This document shows, in pieces, positions 1 to 9,228 of a stretch of 64,000 bases of DNA. The DNA lies in contig OY760183.1 of NCBI GenBank assembly GCA_963663275.1, positions 256,001-320,000 of the forward strand. Direction: 5' to 3'. How positions within the stretch are numbered: position 1 is the stretch's first letter; each line of letters opens with the position of its first letter. The notes below the pieces were generated by a model. That model was given only the letters and a program-made list of their open reading frames with translations, was not told the origin of the DNA and did not search any database. This DNA is from Chloroflexota bacterium. Its GTDB lineage: Bacteria; Chloroflexota; UBA11872; VXOZ01. Position numbers and translations under genes: made by a program.

Positions 1-330
1 CAGCCGGTAGTGGGTCGGCAGCCGGTAGATCAGCACGTCGTCCAACACGCCGCCGTCCGGGCGGCATACCAGGCTATAGCGAATCTGGTTGACGGCGAGG
101 TCGGTAACTTTGTTGGTCAGGATGCCGTCCAGAAAGGCGGGAACGCCGGCGCCGGCGAAGTCCACGATGCCCATGTGGCTGATGTCGAACAGGCCGCACG
201 CGCCGCGCACCGCCTGGTGTTCCGCGATGACGCCCTCGTATTGCACGGGCATCTCCCAGCCCGCGAACGGCACGATCCGCGCGCCGGCCGCCGCGTGGGT
301 CGCATAGAGAGGGGTGCGCTTGAGTTGCAT
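1..330 (-). CDS. gcvT: Glycine cleavage system aminomethyltransferase T, 5' part (runs off the window start)
   Basis: Manual translation from ATG at 330 gives MQLKRTPLYATHAAAGARIVPFAGWEMPVQYEGVIAEHQAVRGACGLFDISHMG, the hallmark GcvT N-terminus. Absent from the ORF track because there is no stop codon in the window. Confidence 0.93.
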   Translation of the reverse strand, partial: MQLKRTPLYATHAAAGARIVPFAGWEMPVQYEGVIAEHQAVRGACGLFDISHMGIVDFAGAGVPAFLDGILTNKVTDLAVNQIRYSLVCRPDGGVLDDVLIYRLPTHYRL

Positions 331-489
331 CGGCTTCCTGCGCGGGTATAGAGGGACTAAACTGAATCCGGTTTTGCGTTCGGTACGCATATCTTACCCA
401 GTTCGCGGGTTGCGTTCAACGTACCCCGCGCGCAACGCGCCTCTGGCCGTCCCCGCGAGCCGCGCGCAGTCCTTCCATTGCCGCAGATT

Positions 490-1266
490 AACCCCCTCTC
501 CTCGGGGAGAGGGCCGGGGTGAGGGGGTGGCTAACTCCCTCTCCCTGGGCTGACAGGGGTATGTAAATGTCATTCCGAGCAGAGCGAGGAATCTAGGGAA
601 GACATTCTTGCAGGGTAAGCCTTAGATTCCTCTCTCCGCTGCGCTACGTTCGGAATGACACGTGAAGTCGATTCTATAGTACATACCAATGCCAGCTCCC
701 CGAGGGAGAGGGCTGGGGTGAGGGGGCCAACTAACTCCCTCTCCCTGGGGAGAGGGCTGGGGTGAGGGGGAAATGGTGTCGCATTAGGAATTGGAGCGAT
801 ACGAACAAGATGCCAACACACGGTCTGCCACGCCGGTGTAGGGGCACGACATGTCGTGCCCCTACACCGGCGCGCGCCGCGTTGCAAGAGGCGGGGGACA
901 AGCCCCCGCGCTACATTAACGCGACAGCATTGGGGGCGAGGCCCCGCGTTACGTGGCTTCACGTGTCATTCCGAACGTAGCGCAGCGGAGAGAGGAATCT
1001 AAGAACCTGTTTACTATCTGCTTATGAGGGAGTTAGCAAAGCCGATAAAGACCGTTCGTGCTGAGCCTGTCGAAGCATGAACGGCTATATGCAACCTTGC
1101 GGTGGTTCCGTTCACCCTTCGACGCGGCTCAGGGCGAACGTTCCTCGTGCAGACAGAAAGATCGTAAACAGGCTCTAAGGCGCTATCCTGTTATTTCAGC
1201 ATCTCTAGATTCCTCGCTCCGCTCGGAATGACATATTCATACCCTTGTCAGTTGGGGTGAGGGGGC
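490..1266. repeat. Mosaic of REP-like palindromes and nested MITEs
   Basis: Contains ccctcacccc..ctctccc..gggagaggg hairpins, gtcattccg..gaggaatct / agattcctc..cggaatgac inverted pairs, gtaggggcacgacatgtcgtgcccctac (~837-866) and ggcgggggacaagcccccgcgctac. All recur elsewhere in the window. Confidence 0.88.
1003..1175. mobile_element. MITE (~173 bp) with 17-bp imperfect terminal inverted repeats and a TAA target duplication
   Basis: Left end gaacctgtttactatct; right end reverse-complements to gagcctgtttacgatct (15/17 match). TAA at 1000-1002 and 1176-1178. Removing it restores gaggaatctaaggc, as seen in uninterrupted repeats near 22680 and 53840. Confidence 0.75.
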
Positions 1267-1297
1267 GATGGTGTCGCATTAGTCGCTCGAGGCGGCG

Positions 1298-1306
1298 TGA
1301 TACAAT
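1298..1306 (+). promoter_or_regulatory. Putative extended -10 promoter of the mazG-MFS-galE cluster
   Basis: TGATACAAT (TGn + TACAAT) about 30 nt upstream of ATG 1336. Confidence 0.45.
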
Positions 1307-1335
1307 GGGCGCGGAAAGGGAAAGGAACGTACCCA

Positions 1336-2727
1336 ATGCCTCGGCTGCTCCTGCTTGGCCTCGACCCCGGCGGCGCTTCCGCCGTGTCCGGCGCCGCCCG
1401 CGCGTCCGTGGAGCGTTCCACGCCGCTGGCCGGCAATCCCGGCCATCCCCTCATCCGGCGGCTGTGCGGTGAGCGCGTCCAGCAGGCCGGCGCCGCGCGC
1501 ATCCGCACCGCGCTTGAAAACCGGCAAGACATCACCCACGTCGCCGTCGGGCATCCGCTCCTGGACGACGGCAGCGCGCGCGCGTTGCATCAGCAGGCGC
1601 AGGCGGCCGGCTGGGAGGTGCGCCTGGAGGCCGCGCCCAGCCTGCTGGAGCGGGCATACGCCGCCTTCGGCCTGGACGGCGCGCCGCACACGGTCGTAAG
1701 CGGGGCCGCGCCGGAGGCAAGCGCATCGGATGCGGCGCTGCTCGTGTTGGCGGCAAACCTGCCCAGGCGCGCGTTGCAGACGCTCGCAGAGCAGTTTCCC
1801 GGCGGGCATAGCGTGAGCGCGCTGGTTGGCGGCGATTCGCGGCCGCCGGAAGCGCGCGCCCTGCCGCTGCGCGCGGCCTTGGCGGCTCACCCGGACGCGC
1901 TCTACGTGCCGCCGCTGCCGCCTCTGGAACGCCTGGGCGAACCGCAGACGCTCCGCTGGCTCATGGCCCGCCTGCGCGCGCCGGACGGCTGCCCGTGGGA
2001 CCAGGAACAAACCCTGCAAACGCTCAAGAAGCACCTGCTGGAGGAGACCGCCGAGGTCATCGACGCGCTGGACGAAGAGGACGTGGACGCGCTGCGCGAG
2101 GAGCTTGGCGACCTGCTCTTGCAGGTCTACTTCCAGGCGCAAGTGGCCGAGGAGCAGGGCGACTTCTCGTTCGACGACGTGGTGCGCGGCATCAGCGAAA
2201 AACTCGTGCGCCGCCATCCCCACGTCTTCGGCGACCGCGCCGCGGACAACGCGGCCCAGGCCCTGGCCAACTGGGAGTCGATCAAGCGGGAAGAACACGC
2301 CGCCCGGGGCAAGGAGCGCCGCTCGCTGCTGGAGCGCGTGCCCCGCTCGCTGTCCGGCCTGGCGACGGCGCAGGCAATCGGCAACACCGTGGCCAAAGTG
2401 GGGTTCGATTGGCCGGACGTGGACGGCGTGCTGGCAAAGCTGCGTGAAGAGATCGACGAGTTGGTGGAAGCCGAGACCGTCGAGCACCGTTTCGAGGAAC
2501 TCGGCGACGTGCTCTTCGTCCTGGCGCAGGTAGCCAAGTGGCTGGAGGTGGACGCGGAAGAGGCGTTGCGCGCCTCCAACGCCAAGTTCCGCCGCCGCTT
2601 CGGCTACATGGAAGAGGCCGCCCGCCGCGCCGGCGGCGAACTGGGCGACTATCCGTTCGAGAAACTCGACTCGCTCTGGGAAGAGGCCAAACTCGCCACC
2701 AGCAATCCCTGGGGATGCCCCCGCTAG
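1336..2727 (+). CDS. mazG: Nucleoside triphosphate pyrophosphohydrolase MazG with a degenerate N-terminal tetrapyrrole-methylase-like domain (YabN-like)
   Basis: Motifs LRAPDGCPWDQEQT, EELGDLLLQV, KLVRRHPHVF, GFDWPD, EELGDVLF and ANAKFRRRF-like segment. Start placed at ATG 1336. Confidence 0.9.
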   Translation: MPRLLLLGLDPGGASAVSGAARASVERSTPLAGNPGHPLIRRLCGERVQQAGAARIRTALENRQDITHVAVGHPLLDDGSARALHQQAQAAGWEVRLEAAPSLLERAYAAFGLDGAPHTVVSGAAPEASASDAALLVLAANLPRRALQTLAEQFPGGHSVSALVGGDSRPPEARALPLRAALAAHPDALYVPPLPPLERLGEPQTLRWLMARLRAPDGCPWDQEQTLQTLKKHLLEETAEVIDALDEEDVDALREELGDLLLQVYFQAQVAEEQGDFSFDDVVRGISEKLVRRHPHVFGDRAADNAAQALANWESIKREEHAARGKERRSLLERVPRSLSGLATAQAIGNTVAKVGFDWPDVDGVLAKLREEIDELVEAETVEHRFEELGDVLFVLAQVAKWLEVDAEEALRASNAKFRRRFGYMEEAARRAGGELGDYPFEKLDSLWEEAKLATSNPWGCPR

Positions 2728-3980
2728 TGACACCCTGGCAACGGCGTCTCTTTCCCATCCTGCTCGCGGCCTTCACCGCCCAGCTTGGCGTGCCGGCGTT
2801 CCTGCCGTTCATCCCGCTCTACATGACGGAGTTGGGCATCGACGACGTGGGCGCGGCAGCGCGCTGGAGCGGCGTGCTGGTGGCGATTACGCCGCTTACC
2901 TCCACGCTCTCCGTGCCCTACCTCGGTCTCGTTGGCGACCGCATCGGCCTGAAGCCAATGGCCTTGATCGGCCTGGGCCTCGGCGGCTTCACCATCGCCG
3001 CGCTGGCCTTGGCCGCCAGCCCCTGGCACCTGCTGGTCGGGCGCACCCTCTTTGGCTTTTGCGGCGTGTACTGGACGTTCTTCGCCGCCGCCATTGCCGA
3101 GCACGCGCCGCGCGAACACATGGTGCGCGCCTTTGGCTGGCTGCAGATCGCCAATTTCGGCGCGCTCATCGTCGCGCCGGTCATGGGCGGCGCGATCGCC
3201 TCCGCGCTGGGCCTGAAAGCGGCCTTCGTCCTGGGCGGCGTGATGTTCTGGATCGCCACCGGCATGGTGGCGTTCATGTATCCCGGCGGGAAGAGGCTCA
3301 AGCCGCAACGCTCTGAAACCGGCAACGGCTCGCCCTGGCAGATGATCTTCGCGCAGCCGCAGATGGCGATGCTCTCGCTGGTGCTGCTGGTCTCCTTCTA
3401 CGCCGAAGGCAGCACGCTGCCGATCATCCCGCTCTACGTGCAACTGCTGGGCGTCTCGCCGGGCCAGGTGGCGGCGACCGTCGGCCTGATCACGGCCTTG
3501 AGCGCGGTGACCTACGTGGCGGCCAACGCGCTGGTGGGGCGCGTGGTGCCGACGCGGCTGGCGCATCTGGCCGTGCTGCCGGGACTGATTGGCGCGGCCA
3601 TCGTCTGCGTGCCGCTCTTCTTTGCCGGCCAGTTGTGGCACCTGCTGGTCTTCCGGCCGCTGCTCTCGTTCTTCACCGGCACGATTCCGGCGCTGGTCTA
3701 TACGGCCGCCGAGCCGTTCGTGCCGCCGGAGCGGCGCGGCGCCGGGTTCGGCCTGCTAACCAGCGTGGGTTTGGGCGGCACCGCCGCCGGCCGCATCGCC
3801 AGCGGCATGGTGGCCTCGCTCTCGCTCTCCGGCGTCTTCGTCGTGGACGGCGCGCTGCTCCTGGGCGGCTTCGGACTCTACGCCGCCCTGCGCCGCCGGT
3901 TCCCCTATCCCCGCGTGGCTGAAGAGCCGCTTGCGGAAGACGCCGGCGCCGGTTTGAACAACGGCGGCAGTTCACGCTAG
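2715..3980 (+). CDS. MFS transporter (DHA1/MdtG-like)
   Basis: About 12 hydrophobic segments, PFIPLYMTELG, motif A-like GLVGDRIGLK. Start at ATG 2715 or GTG 2727, coupled to the mazG stop. Confidence 0.85.
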   Translation: MPPLVTPWQRRLFPILLAAFTAQLGVPAFLPFIPLYMTELGIDDVGAAARWSGVLVAITPLTSTLSVPYLGLVGDRIGLKPMALIGLGLGGFTIAALALAASPWHLLVGRTLFGFCGVYWTFFAAAIAEHAPREHMVRAFGWLQIANFGALIVAPVMGGAIASALGLKAAFVLGGVMFWIATGMVAFMYPGGKRLKPQRSETGNGSPWQMIFAQPQMAMLSLVLLVSFYAEGSTLPIIPLYVQLLGVSPGQVAATVGLITALSAVTYVAANALVGRVVPTRLAHLAVLPGLIGAAIVCVPLFFAGQLWHLLVFRPLLSFFTGTIPALVYTAAEPFVPPERRGAGFGLLTSVGLGGTAAGRIASGMVASLSLSGVFVVDGALLLGGFGLYAALRRRFPYPRVAEEPLAEDAGAGLNNGGSSR

Positions 3981-4055
3981 CATTGAATCAGGCGCATTGC
4001 CGGAGACGACGCGCGCGCATCGCGCCGCGCCGTGCCGGCGCTGGAGGGCACATCC

Positions 4056-5240
4056 TTGAAGATCTTCGTGACCGGCGGCGCGGGCTACATCGGCAGCGTG
4101 GTGACCGAGACGCTGCTGGACAGCGGCCACGACGTGGTGGTCTACGATAGCTTCGAGACCGGCCACCGGGCGGCGGTGGATCCCCGCGCCGCGCTGGTGG
4201 AGGGCGATACGGCGGACGCGGACGGCCTGCGCGCGGCCATGCGCGCCGCCGCGCCGGACGCCGTGGCGCACATGGCGGCCTACATCCAGATGGGCGAGTC
4301 CATGACCGCGCCGGGCAAGTACTTCCGCAACAATACCGCCCACACCCTCAACGTACTCGATGCCATGCTGGCGGCGGACGCGCGCCACGTGGTCTTTTCG
4401 TCCACCGCCGGGGTCTACGGCACACCTCAATCGCTGCCCATCGCCGAAGACCATCCCCTCGACCCGCTCAATCCTTACAGCGAGAGCAAACGCCAGGTGG
4501 AGAGCGTCATCCGCTGGTACGCCCAGGCGCACGGGCTGGCGGCCACGATCTTCCGCTTCTTCAACGCCGCGGGCGCGACGGCGCGGTTTGGCGAAGACCA
4601 CCGGCCGGAAAGCCACCTGATTCCGATCGTGCTCCAGGTGGCCCAGGGAACGCGGGAACGCCTGGACCTCTACGGCACGGACTACCCGACCCGCGACGGC
4701 ACCGCCAGCCGGGACTACATCCACGTGCGCGACCTGGCCCAGGCGCACCTGCTGGCGATTGAGGGGATTCACCCTCACCCTAACCCTCTCCCTCCAGGGA
4801 GAGGGGATGCCGCGCCCGGCGGTCACGGTGACCCGAGGGTTGCACGGCGCGGCAACGACGGGGAAGGCAACGAGGCAGGCGGCAGTGAGACAGACGGTAG
4901 TGTCGGCGGCGGCAGTGAGACAGGCGGTAGTGACGGCGGCGGCAGTGGGACAGGCGGTAGTGACGGCGGCGGCGTGGCGATCTACAACATCGGCAGCGAG
5001 AGCGGCGCGACCAATCGGGAAGTGATCGAGACCGCGCGCCGGGTGACCGGGCGGCCCATACCCGTGCGGGAGTGCCCGCGCCGGCCCGGCGACGCGCCCG
5101 CTTCCCTGGCCAGCGCCGCCACAATCCGCCGCGAACTGGGCTGGGAACCGGCATACTCCGACCTGGAAACAATCATGCGCACCGCCTGGGACTGGCTCCA
5201 ACGCCACCCCCGCGGCTACGACTCCGTTCCCCCTCCCTGA
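4056..5240 (+). CDS. galE: UDP-glucose 4-epimerase with a ~65-aa low-complexity insertion
   Basis: VTGGAGYIGS, FSSTAGVYG, YSESK (YxxxK), FRFFNAAGA, DGTASRDYIHVRDLA, RRPGD. TTG start at 4056 after GGAGGG. Confidence 0.9.
   Translation: MKIFVTGGAGYIGSVVTETLLDSGHDVVVYDSFETGHRAAVDPRAALVEGDTADADGLRAAMRAAAPDAVAHMAAYIQMGESMTAPGKYFRNNTAHTLNVLDAMLAADARHVVFSSTAGVYGTPQSLPIAEDHPLDPLNPYSESKRQVESVIRWYAQAHGLAATIFRFFNAAGATARFGEDHRPESHLIPIVLQVAQGTRERLDLYGTDYPTRDGTASRDYIHVRDLAQAHLLAIEGIHPHPNPLPPGRGDAAPGGHGDPRVARRGNDGEGNEAGGSETDGSVGGGSETGGSDGGGSGTGGSDGGGVAIYNIGSESGATNREVIETARRVTGRPIPVRECPRRPGDAPASLASAATIRRELGWEPAYSDLETIMRTAWDWLQRHPRGYDSVPPP
4878..4970 (+). repeat. Three copies of a 30-bp tandem repeat inside galE (GGSETxGSxG)
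   Basis: Unit ggcggcagtgagacaggcggtagtgacggc repeated with few changes. Confidence 0.9.
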
Positions 5241-5424
5241 GGTCGTTCCCCTCTTCCGGTGGAGACCCTCACATAACTGGAGAGAGAACGGACAGAGCCC
5301 AGCGCGCCACTCTAATCCTAGTGTTGTCGCACTAAACGCAATGAGAGTGAAATCTCCGCTCGACTCTCCGGTAGCACAGGTTTGTAACCTTCTCCGGTAG
5401 CACAGGTTTGTAACCTGTGTCTTC

Positions 5425-5796
5425 CGTAGGGTCAACAGATTCCGTTCTCACTTTTCGTGTTCAGGCGGGGGACAAGCCCCCGCGCTACGTTAACGCGACA
5501 ACGTTTCTCTCTTACCCCCTTCTTATCCCCTCTCCCGCTGGAGACCTTTGCATAAACCCTTCCCCATTGAGGGGGAAGGTTGGGATGGGGGTGCAAAGGA
5601 TTGAAAACAAGCTATTTTTAGTTGTAAATGCGGTCTGGATTCCGGCTTTCGCCGGAATGACAGAGTTATGCAAAGGTCTCCGTAGGGTCAACAGATTCCG
5701 TTCTCACTTTTCGTGTTCAGGCGGGGGACAAGCCCCCGCGCTACGTTAACGCGACAACGTTTCTCTCTTACCCCCTTCTTATCCCCTCTCCCGCTG
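5425..5796. repeat. 116-bp exact direct repeat (5425-5540 and 5681-5796) flanking a MITE
   Basis: cgtagggtcaacagattcc...cccctctcccgctg occurs on both sides of the element. Confidence 0.9.
5540..5681. mobile_element. MITE family 1, empty allele (TIR ggagacctttgcataa / ttatgcaaaggtctcc)
   Basis: Perfect 16-bp terminal inverted repeats and no coding capacity. Homologous copies at 22579, 49527, 53655 and ~60132. Confidence 0.85.
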
Positions 5797-5819
5797 GGAG
5801 AGGGTTAGGGTGAGGGTCT

Positions 5820-7010
5820 CTATCGCGGCTCGTATTGCGCCACCACCGCCTCATCCACGTCGATGCCCAGGCCCGGCGCTTGCGGTATCGTCACCGTCCC
5901 GTCCTCCTCCAGGGTGAACGGTTCGCGCAGCAGCGTATCCCGCAGCGGATTGGGATTGCGGTCGAACTCCAGCATCGGTTCATTCTGGGCCGGCAGCGGG
6001 TTCGCCGAGTGCGGGCTGGGCGGCAGGGACGCGATGAAGTGCAGCGCGGCGGCCAGGGCGATGCCGGAACCCCAGACGTGGGGAATGACTTGCACGCCGA
6101 ACGTGCGCGCCAGGGCGGCAATCTTCACCGCTTCCGAAATGCCGCCGGTGCCGCAGATGTCCGGCTGCGCGATGTCGATGCCGCCGTCCAGGATCAGGTC
6201 GCGGAAGCAGTAGCGCGTGTGCTCGCACTCGCCGGCCGCTATCGCCAGATCCAGCGTCTCCGCCACCTGGCGGTAGCCTTTGCGGTCCTCCGGAATCACC
6301 GGCTCCTCGAACCACAGCGCGTCCTCCTCTTCCAGCCCGCGCCCGACGGTGATGGCGATGTGGGGCGGATAGGCGTGGTTGGCGTCCACCATGTAGGGGA
6401 AGCGCGCGCCGGTGGGAGCGCAGGCGTCCAGCGCCTGCCGCGCCGCCTTAACGCGGGCCAGGTCCTCGGCCACCGAGAGCAGGCCGACCTTGATCTTGAG
6501 GGCGCGGAAGCCGTTAGCAACGTGTCTTTCCACCTCGGCCTTGAGCAGCCCGGTATCCGCCCACTTTTCCGGCCCACCTTTGTAGTAGCCGCCGGTGGCG
6601 TACGCCTGCACCCGGTCGCGGTACGCGCCGCCCAAGAGCGCGTGGATTGGCTGTTGCAGCGCCTGTCCGGCGATGTCCCAGCAGGCGATGTCCACGCCGC
6701 TGATGGCCTCCACCGCCGTGCCCTGCCGTCCCCAGTCGCGGATATGCGCGTAGAGCCGTTCCCAGATCACGTCCGTATGCAGGGGATTCTGCCCCAGGAT
6801 GCGGGGTGTCAGCACGTGATCGATCATGGCCGCCACCGGCTCCGGCGCGCCCCACAGCCCAGCCTCGCCCCAACCGACCAAGCCGCTATCCGTCCGGATG
6901 CGCACCAGGCAACTGCTGCGTTCGGAGAAAGACTCCTGCGAGGCGTAGAATCCCTCATCATCGCCCAGCGGAGACTTCAGCACGTAGCTTTGTACGTCAA
7001 CGATTTTCAT
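5820..7010 (-). CDS. Mandelate racemase/muconate lactonizing enzyme family (enolase superfamily), probable acid-sugar dehydratase
   Basis: GLVGWGEA, AISGVDIACWDIAG, KIKVG, MVDANH, WFEEP, AAGE, QPD and PHVW motifs. ATG 7010. Confidence 0.9.
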   Translation of the reverse strand: MKIVDVQSYVLKSPLGDDEGFYASQESFSERSSCLVRIRTDSGLVGWGEAGLWGAPEPVAAMIDHVLTPRILGQNPLHTDVIWERLYAHIRDWGRQGTAVEAISGVDIACWDIAGQALQQPIHALLGGAYRDRVQAYATGGYYKGGPEKWADTGLLKAEVERHVANGFRALKIKVGLLSVAEDLARVKAARQALDACAPTGARFPYMVDANHAYPPHIAITVGRGLEEEDALWFEEPVIPEDRKGYRQVAETLDLAIAAGECEHTRYCFRDLILDGGIDIAQPDICGTGGISEAVKIAALARTFGVQVIPHVWGSGIALAAALHFIASLPPSPHSANPLPAQNEPMLEFDRNPNPLRDTLLREPFTLEEDGTVTIPQAPGLGIDVDEAVVAQYEPR

Positions 7011-7270
7011 GCGTTTGCTTCCTTGAAGATTGTGTGAGTAACCAGGTTCATTATACCGGCAAACGGTCATTACCCCTCCTGGGCCGCGCACAAGAGTATT
7101 GTAGTGGGTATGAGGATTGTGGGGATCCGCAGTTTGCGCCGGATCTTGGAGCGGCCGCAGGGTTCTTCCTCAGTGAAACCTGCGCTACAATACGGAGTGC
7201 AAAGGGAAACGGAACGGCAAGAAAGCCGTGTGGTCGGCATCTGCCGGTGTGTAGCCTTTGCGCGGCAGAG

Positions 7271-7484
7271 CGGTATGTGCTTCGACACGCTCAGCACGAA
7301 CGGTACGTGCTTCGACAGGCTCAGCACGAACGGTATGGGCTTCGACAAGCTCAGCACGAACGGTACGGGCTTCGACAAGCTCAGCACGAACGGTGTGTGC
7401 TTCGACAAGCTCAGCACGAACGGTATGGGCTTCGACAAGCTCAGCACGAACGGTGTGTGCTTCGACGAGCTCACCACGAACGGT
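7271..7484 (+). repeat. Tandem array of seven 30-bp units of a REP-like repeat
   Basis: Unit cggtRYgKgcttcgacaagctcagcacgaa repeated seven times. The same motif occurs singly at ~24076, 49190, 58486 and inverted at ~1052. Confidence 0.95.
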
Positions 7485-7564
7485 ACGTAGGCCACGGTAC
7501 TTGGGCAATTGCAGTATCCTACACGCTTCGTAACATACATTTCTGGATTGGGAAGGTGACGTCT

Positions 7565-8791
7565 ATGCGCGACCCATTGACCATTGCGCGATCGATCGGC
7601 GACCGCTTTGCCGGCTGGCAGGGCACAATCGGGCGGCCCGACCCGCAGAAGTGTCCCTTCGTCACGACCGGCAGCAGTTTCGGTCCCACGCATGCGCACT
7701 CGCCGCCGTACCTCGCACAGGCGCTTTACCGGCTCTATGAGCGCACCAATGAACCGCGCTATAAAGAGGCGGCGGACCGCTACGCGGTCTTTTCATTCAG
7801 CTTCGTCCGCGACCCGGTCCCGCCGGTGGCCGACCGGCAGCGAAATCTGCGGCTGAGTGAGAGGATGGAGCGGGATCCAACGAGCGTCGGCGATCCGCGC
7901 ACCGTCAATAATCTCTTCAGCCGCTCGTGGATGCAAGGCGTCGGACTGTGGTGCTATGGCGAGTTCCGCATGCACAACCCGGACGAAACGTGCTTCGACG
8001 CCCGGGCCGATTCGCTCTTCGACTACTTGCAGCAGCATCGCACCGATCGGGGTCATGCCTACAACATCGGCTATCCGCCTTCGAACTGCCAAGACCCGGC
8101 CATTACCGACGGCGCCTTCACCGACGATCTGCGGTGGGTCGGCATGGGCCTGGTGCACTACTATGAGCAGTCGCGGCGGGATGACGTGTTGGCGTCAGCG
8201 GTGCGTTTGGCCGACTACTACCTTCGCCGCCATGAAGCGGGTTCGCCGGACGGCGCTTTCGTTGAGTCATTGGGCACGTGGTGCATAGGCCCGTGGCCCA
8301 CGGAGATTGCCGCCGAGCACTTTCCCAGCGTGCGCATGGATGAGACCGGCTGGGGTTTTACGGCACGCGGCGCGGTGGAGTTTCTCACGCGGTTACACGG
8401 GTGGTTGCCGGACGGGCATCCGCGCGCGGCGCTGATGCGCGACCGCTGCACGCGCTCGGTCGCCTGGCAGTTCTCTTGCCAGTTTCCGGATGGCGCGGTC
8501 GGCATGCACACCCAGGACGATCACTGGCTGGGCATGACCGCGGCGGCCCTCCTGGCCTATGATCACATACGCGCCGTCGGGTGGGTGAACGCCGCATTCG
8601 AGGATCTCGTGCGCTCGAAGGCGGCGCGGGCGACGGAGTGGTTGCTTACAAATGCCACGGAAGATTTCATTGATCAAGGCGGTTACCGTAAGGTTACGGG
8701 CAGAACCACGCCGCGCCCACCGGAAAACCTGGCCTGGCTGCTTGGTTGGACGCTTGAAGCGCTGCTGCGGATTGAGGCTGACGCACTGTGA
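7565..8791 (+). CDS. Hypothetical protein, possibly an (alpha/alpha)-barrel glycoside hydrolase/epimerase-like fold
   Basis: 408-aa ORF from ATG 7565 with helical repeats such as ALYRLYERTNEPRYKEAA and LVHYYEQSRRDDVLASAVRLADY. The ORF-track extension to 6806 runs through the repeat array and is rejected. Confidence 0.65.
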   Translation: MRDPLTIARSIGDRFAGWQGTIGRPDPQKCPFVTTGSSFGPTHAHSPPYLAQALYRLYERTNEPRYKEAADRYAVFSFSFVRDPVPPVADRQRNLRLSERMERDPTSVGDPRTVNNLFSRSWMQGVGLWCYGEFRMHNPDETCFDARADSLFDYLQQHRTDRGHAYNIGYPPSNCQDPAITDGAFTDDLRWVGMGLVHYYEQSRRDDVLASAVRLADYYLRRHEAGSPDGAFVESLGTWCIGPWPTEIAAEHFPSVRMDETGWGFTARGAVEFLTRLHGWLPDGHPRAALMRDRCTRSVAWQFSCQFPDGAVGMHTQDDHWLGMTAAALLAYDHIRAVGWVNAAFEDLVRSKAARATEWLLTNATEDFIDQGGYRKVTGRTTPRPPENLAWLLGWTLEALLRIEADAL

Positions 8792-8862
8792 GGCGGGGAC
8801 ACAAGATACAAGAGCGGGAGCCGGCGGCAATCACACTCGCCGGGACGGCGCCCTACGGCGTG

Positions 8863-9228
8863 CTACACTTCTCCTGCCGGCGCGCCCCAGATCAGGAGCA
8901 ACTTCAGCGTCTCGCCGCCGGTGTTGCGGAAACCGTGGTCAACCCCGGGAGGCGCCATGACGGCGTCTCCCGCCCGCACCGGCAGTTCCTTCCCGTTCAT
9001 CCACATGACGCCTTGGCCCTGGATGAAGTAGTAGAACTCCTCCAGCGCGTCGTCGCCGTCGTGGATATGGGAGCCCTCGCTCGCGCCCGGCGGCAGTTCC
9101 CATACCTCGACGCGAACGGGCAGCCGCGTGGCGTCCCGGAAGAACCGCCGGCGCGTGATCACACCGTCGCCTTCGTGGATGGCGGGCGTGTCAATCACGT
9201 CCGCCGCTTCGTTCTGCTTCCATGCCAT
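8863..9228 (-). CDS. Cupin domain protein
   Basis: PPGASEGSHIH..EEFYYFIQGQG and GDAVMAPPGVDHGFRN cupin motifs. Confidence 0.88.
   Translation of the reverse strand: MAWKQNEAADVIDTPAIHEGDGVITRRRFFRDATRLPVRVEVWELPPGASEGSHIHDGDDALEEFYYFIQGQGVMWMNGKELPVRAGDAVMAPPGVDHGFRNTGGETLKLLLIWGAPAGEV

Noticed and set aside
331-490. Glycine riboswitch upstream of gcvT
   Set aside because: I could not recognise the conserved aptamer core by eye, and repeats begin ~160 nt upstream. An Rfam scan would settle it.
7271-7484. CRISPR array
   Set aside because: The 30-bp units are contiguous with no unique spacers, no cas genes are in the window, and the unit is a dispersed REP-like repeat.
6806-7564. N-terminal extension with LRQAQHER repeats on the 661-aa ORF
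   Set aside because: It overlaps the opposite-strand enolase gene and merely translates the REP array. ATG 7565 has a plausible RBS.
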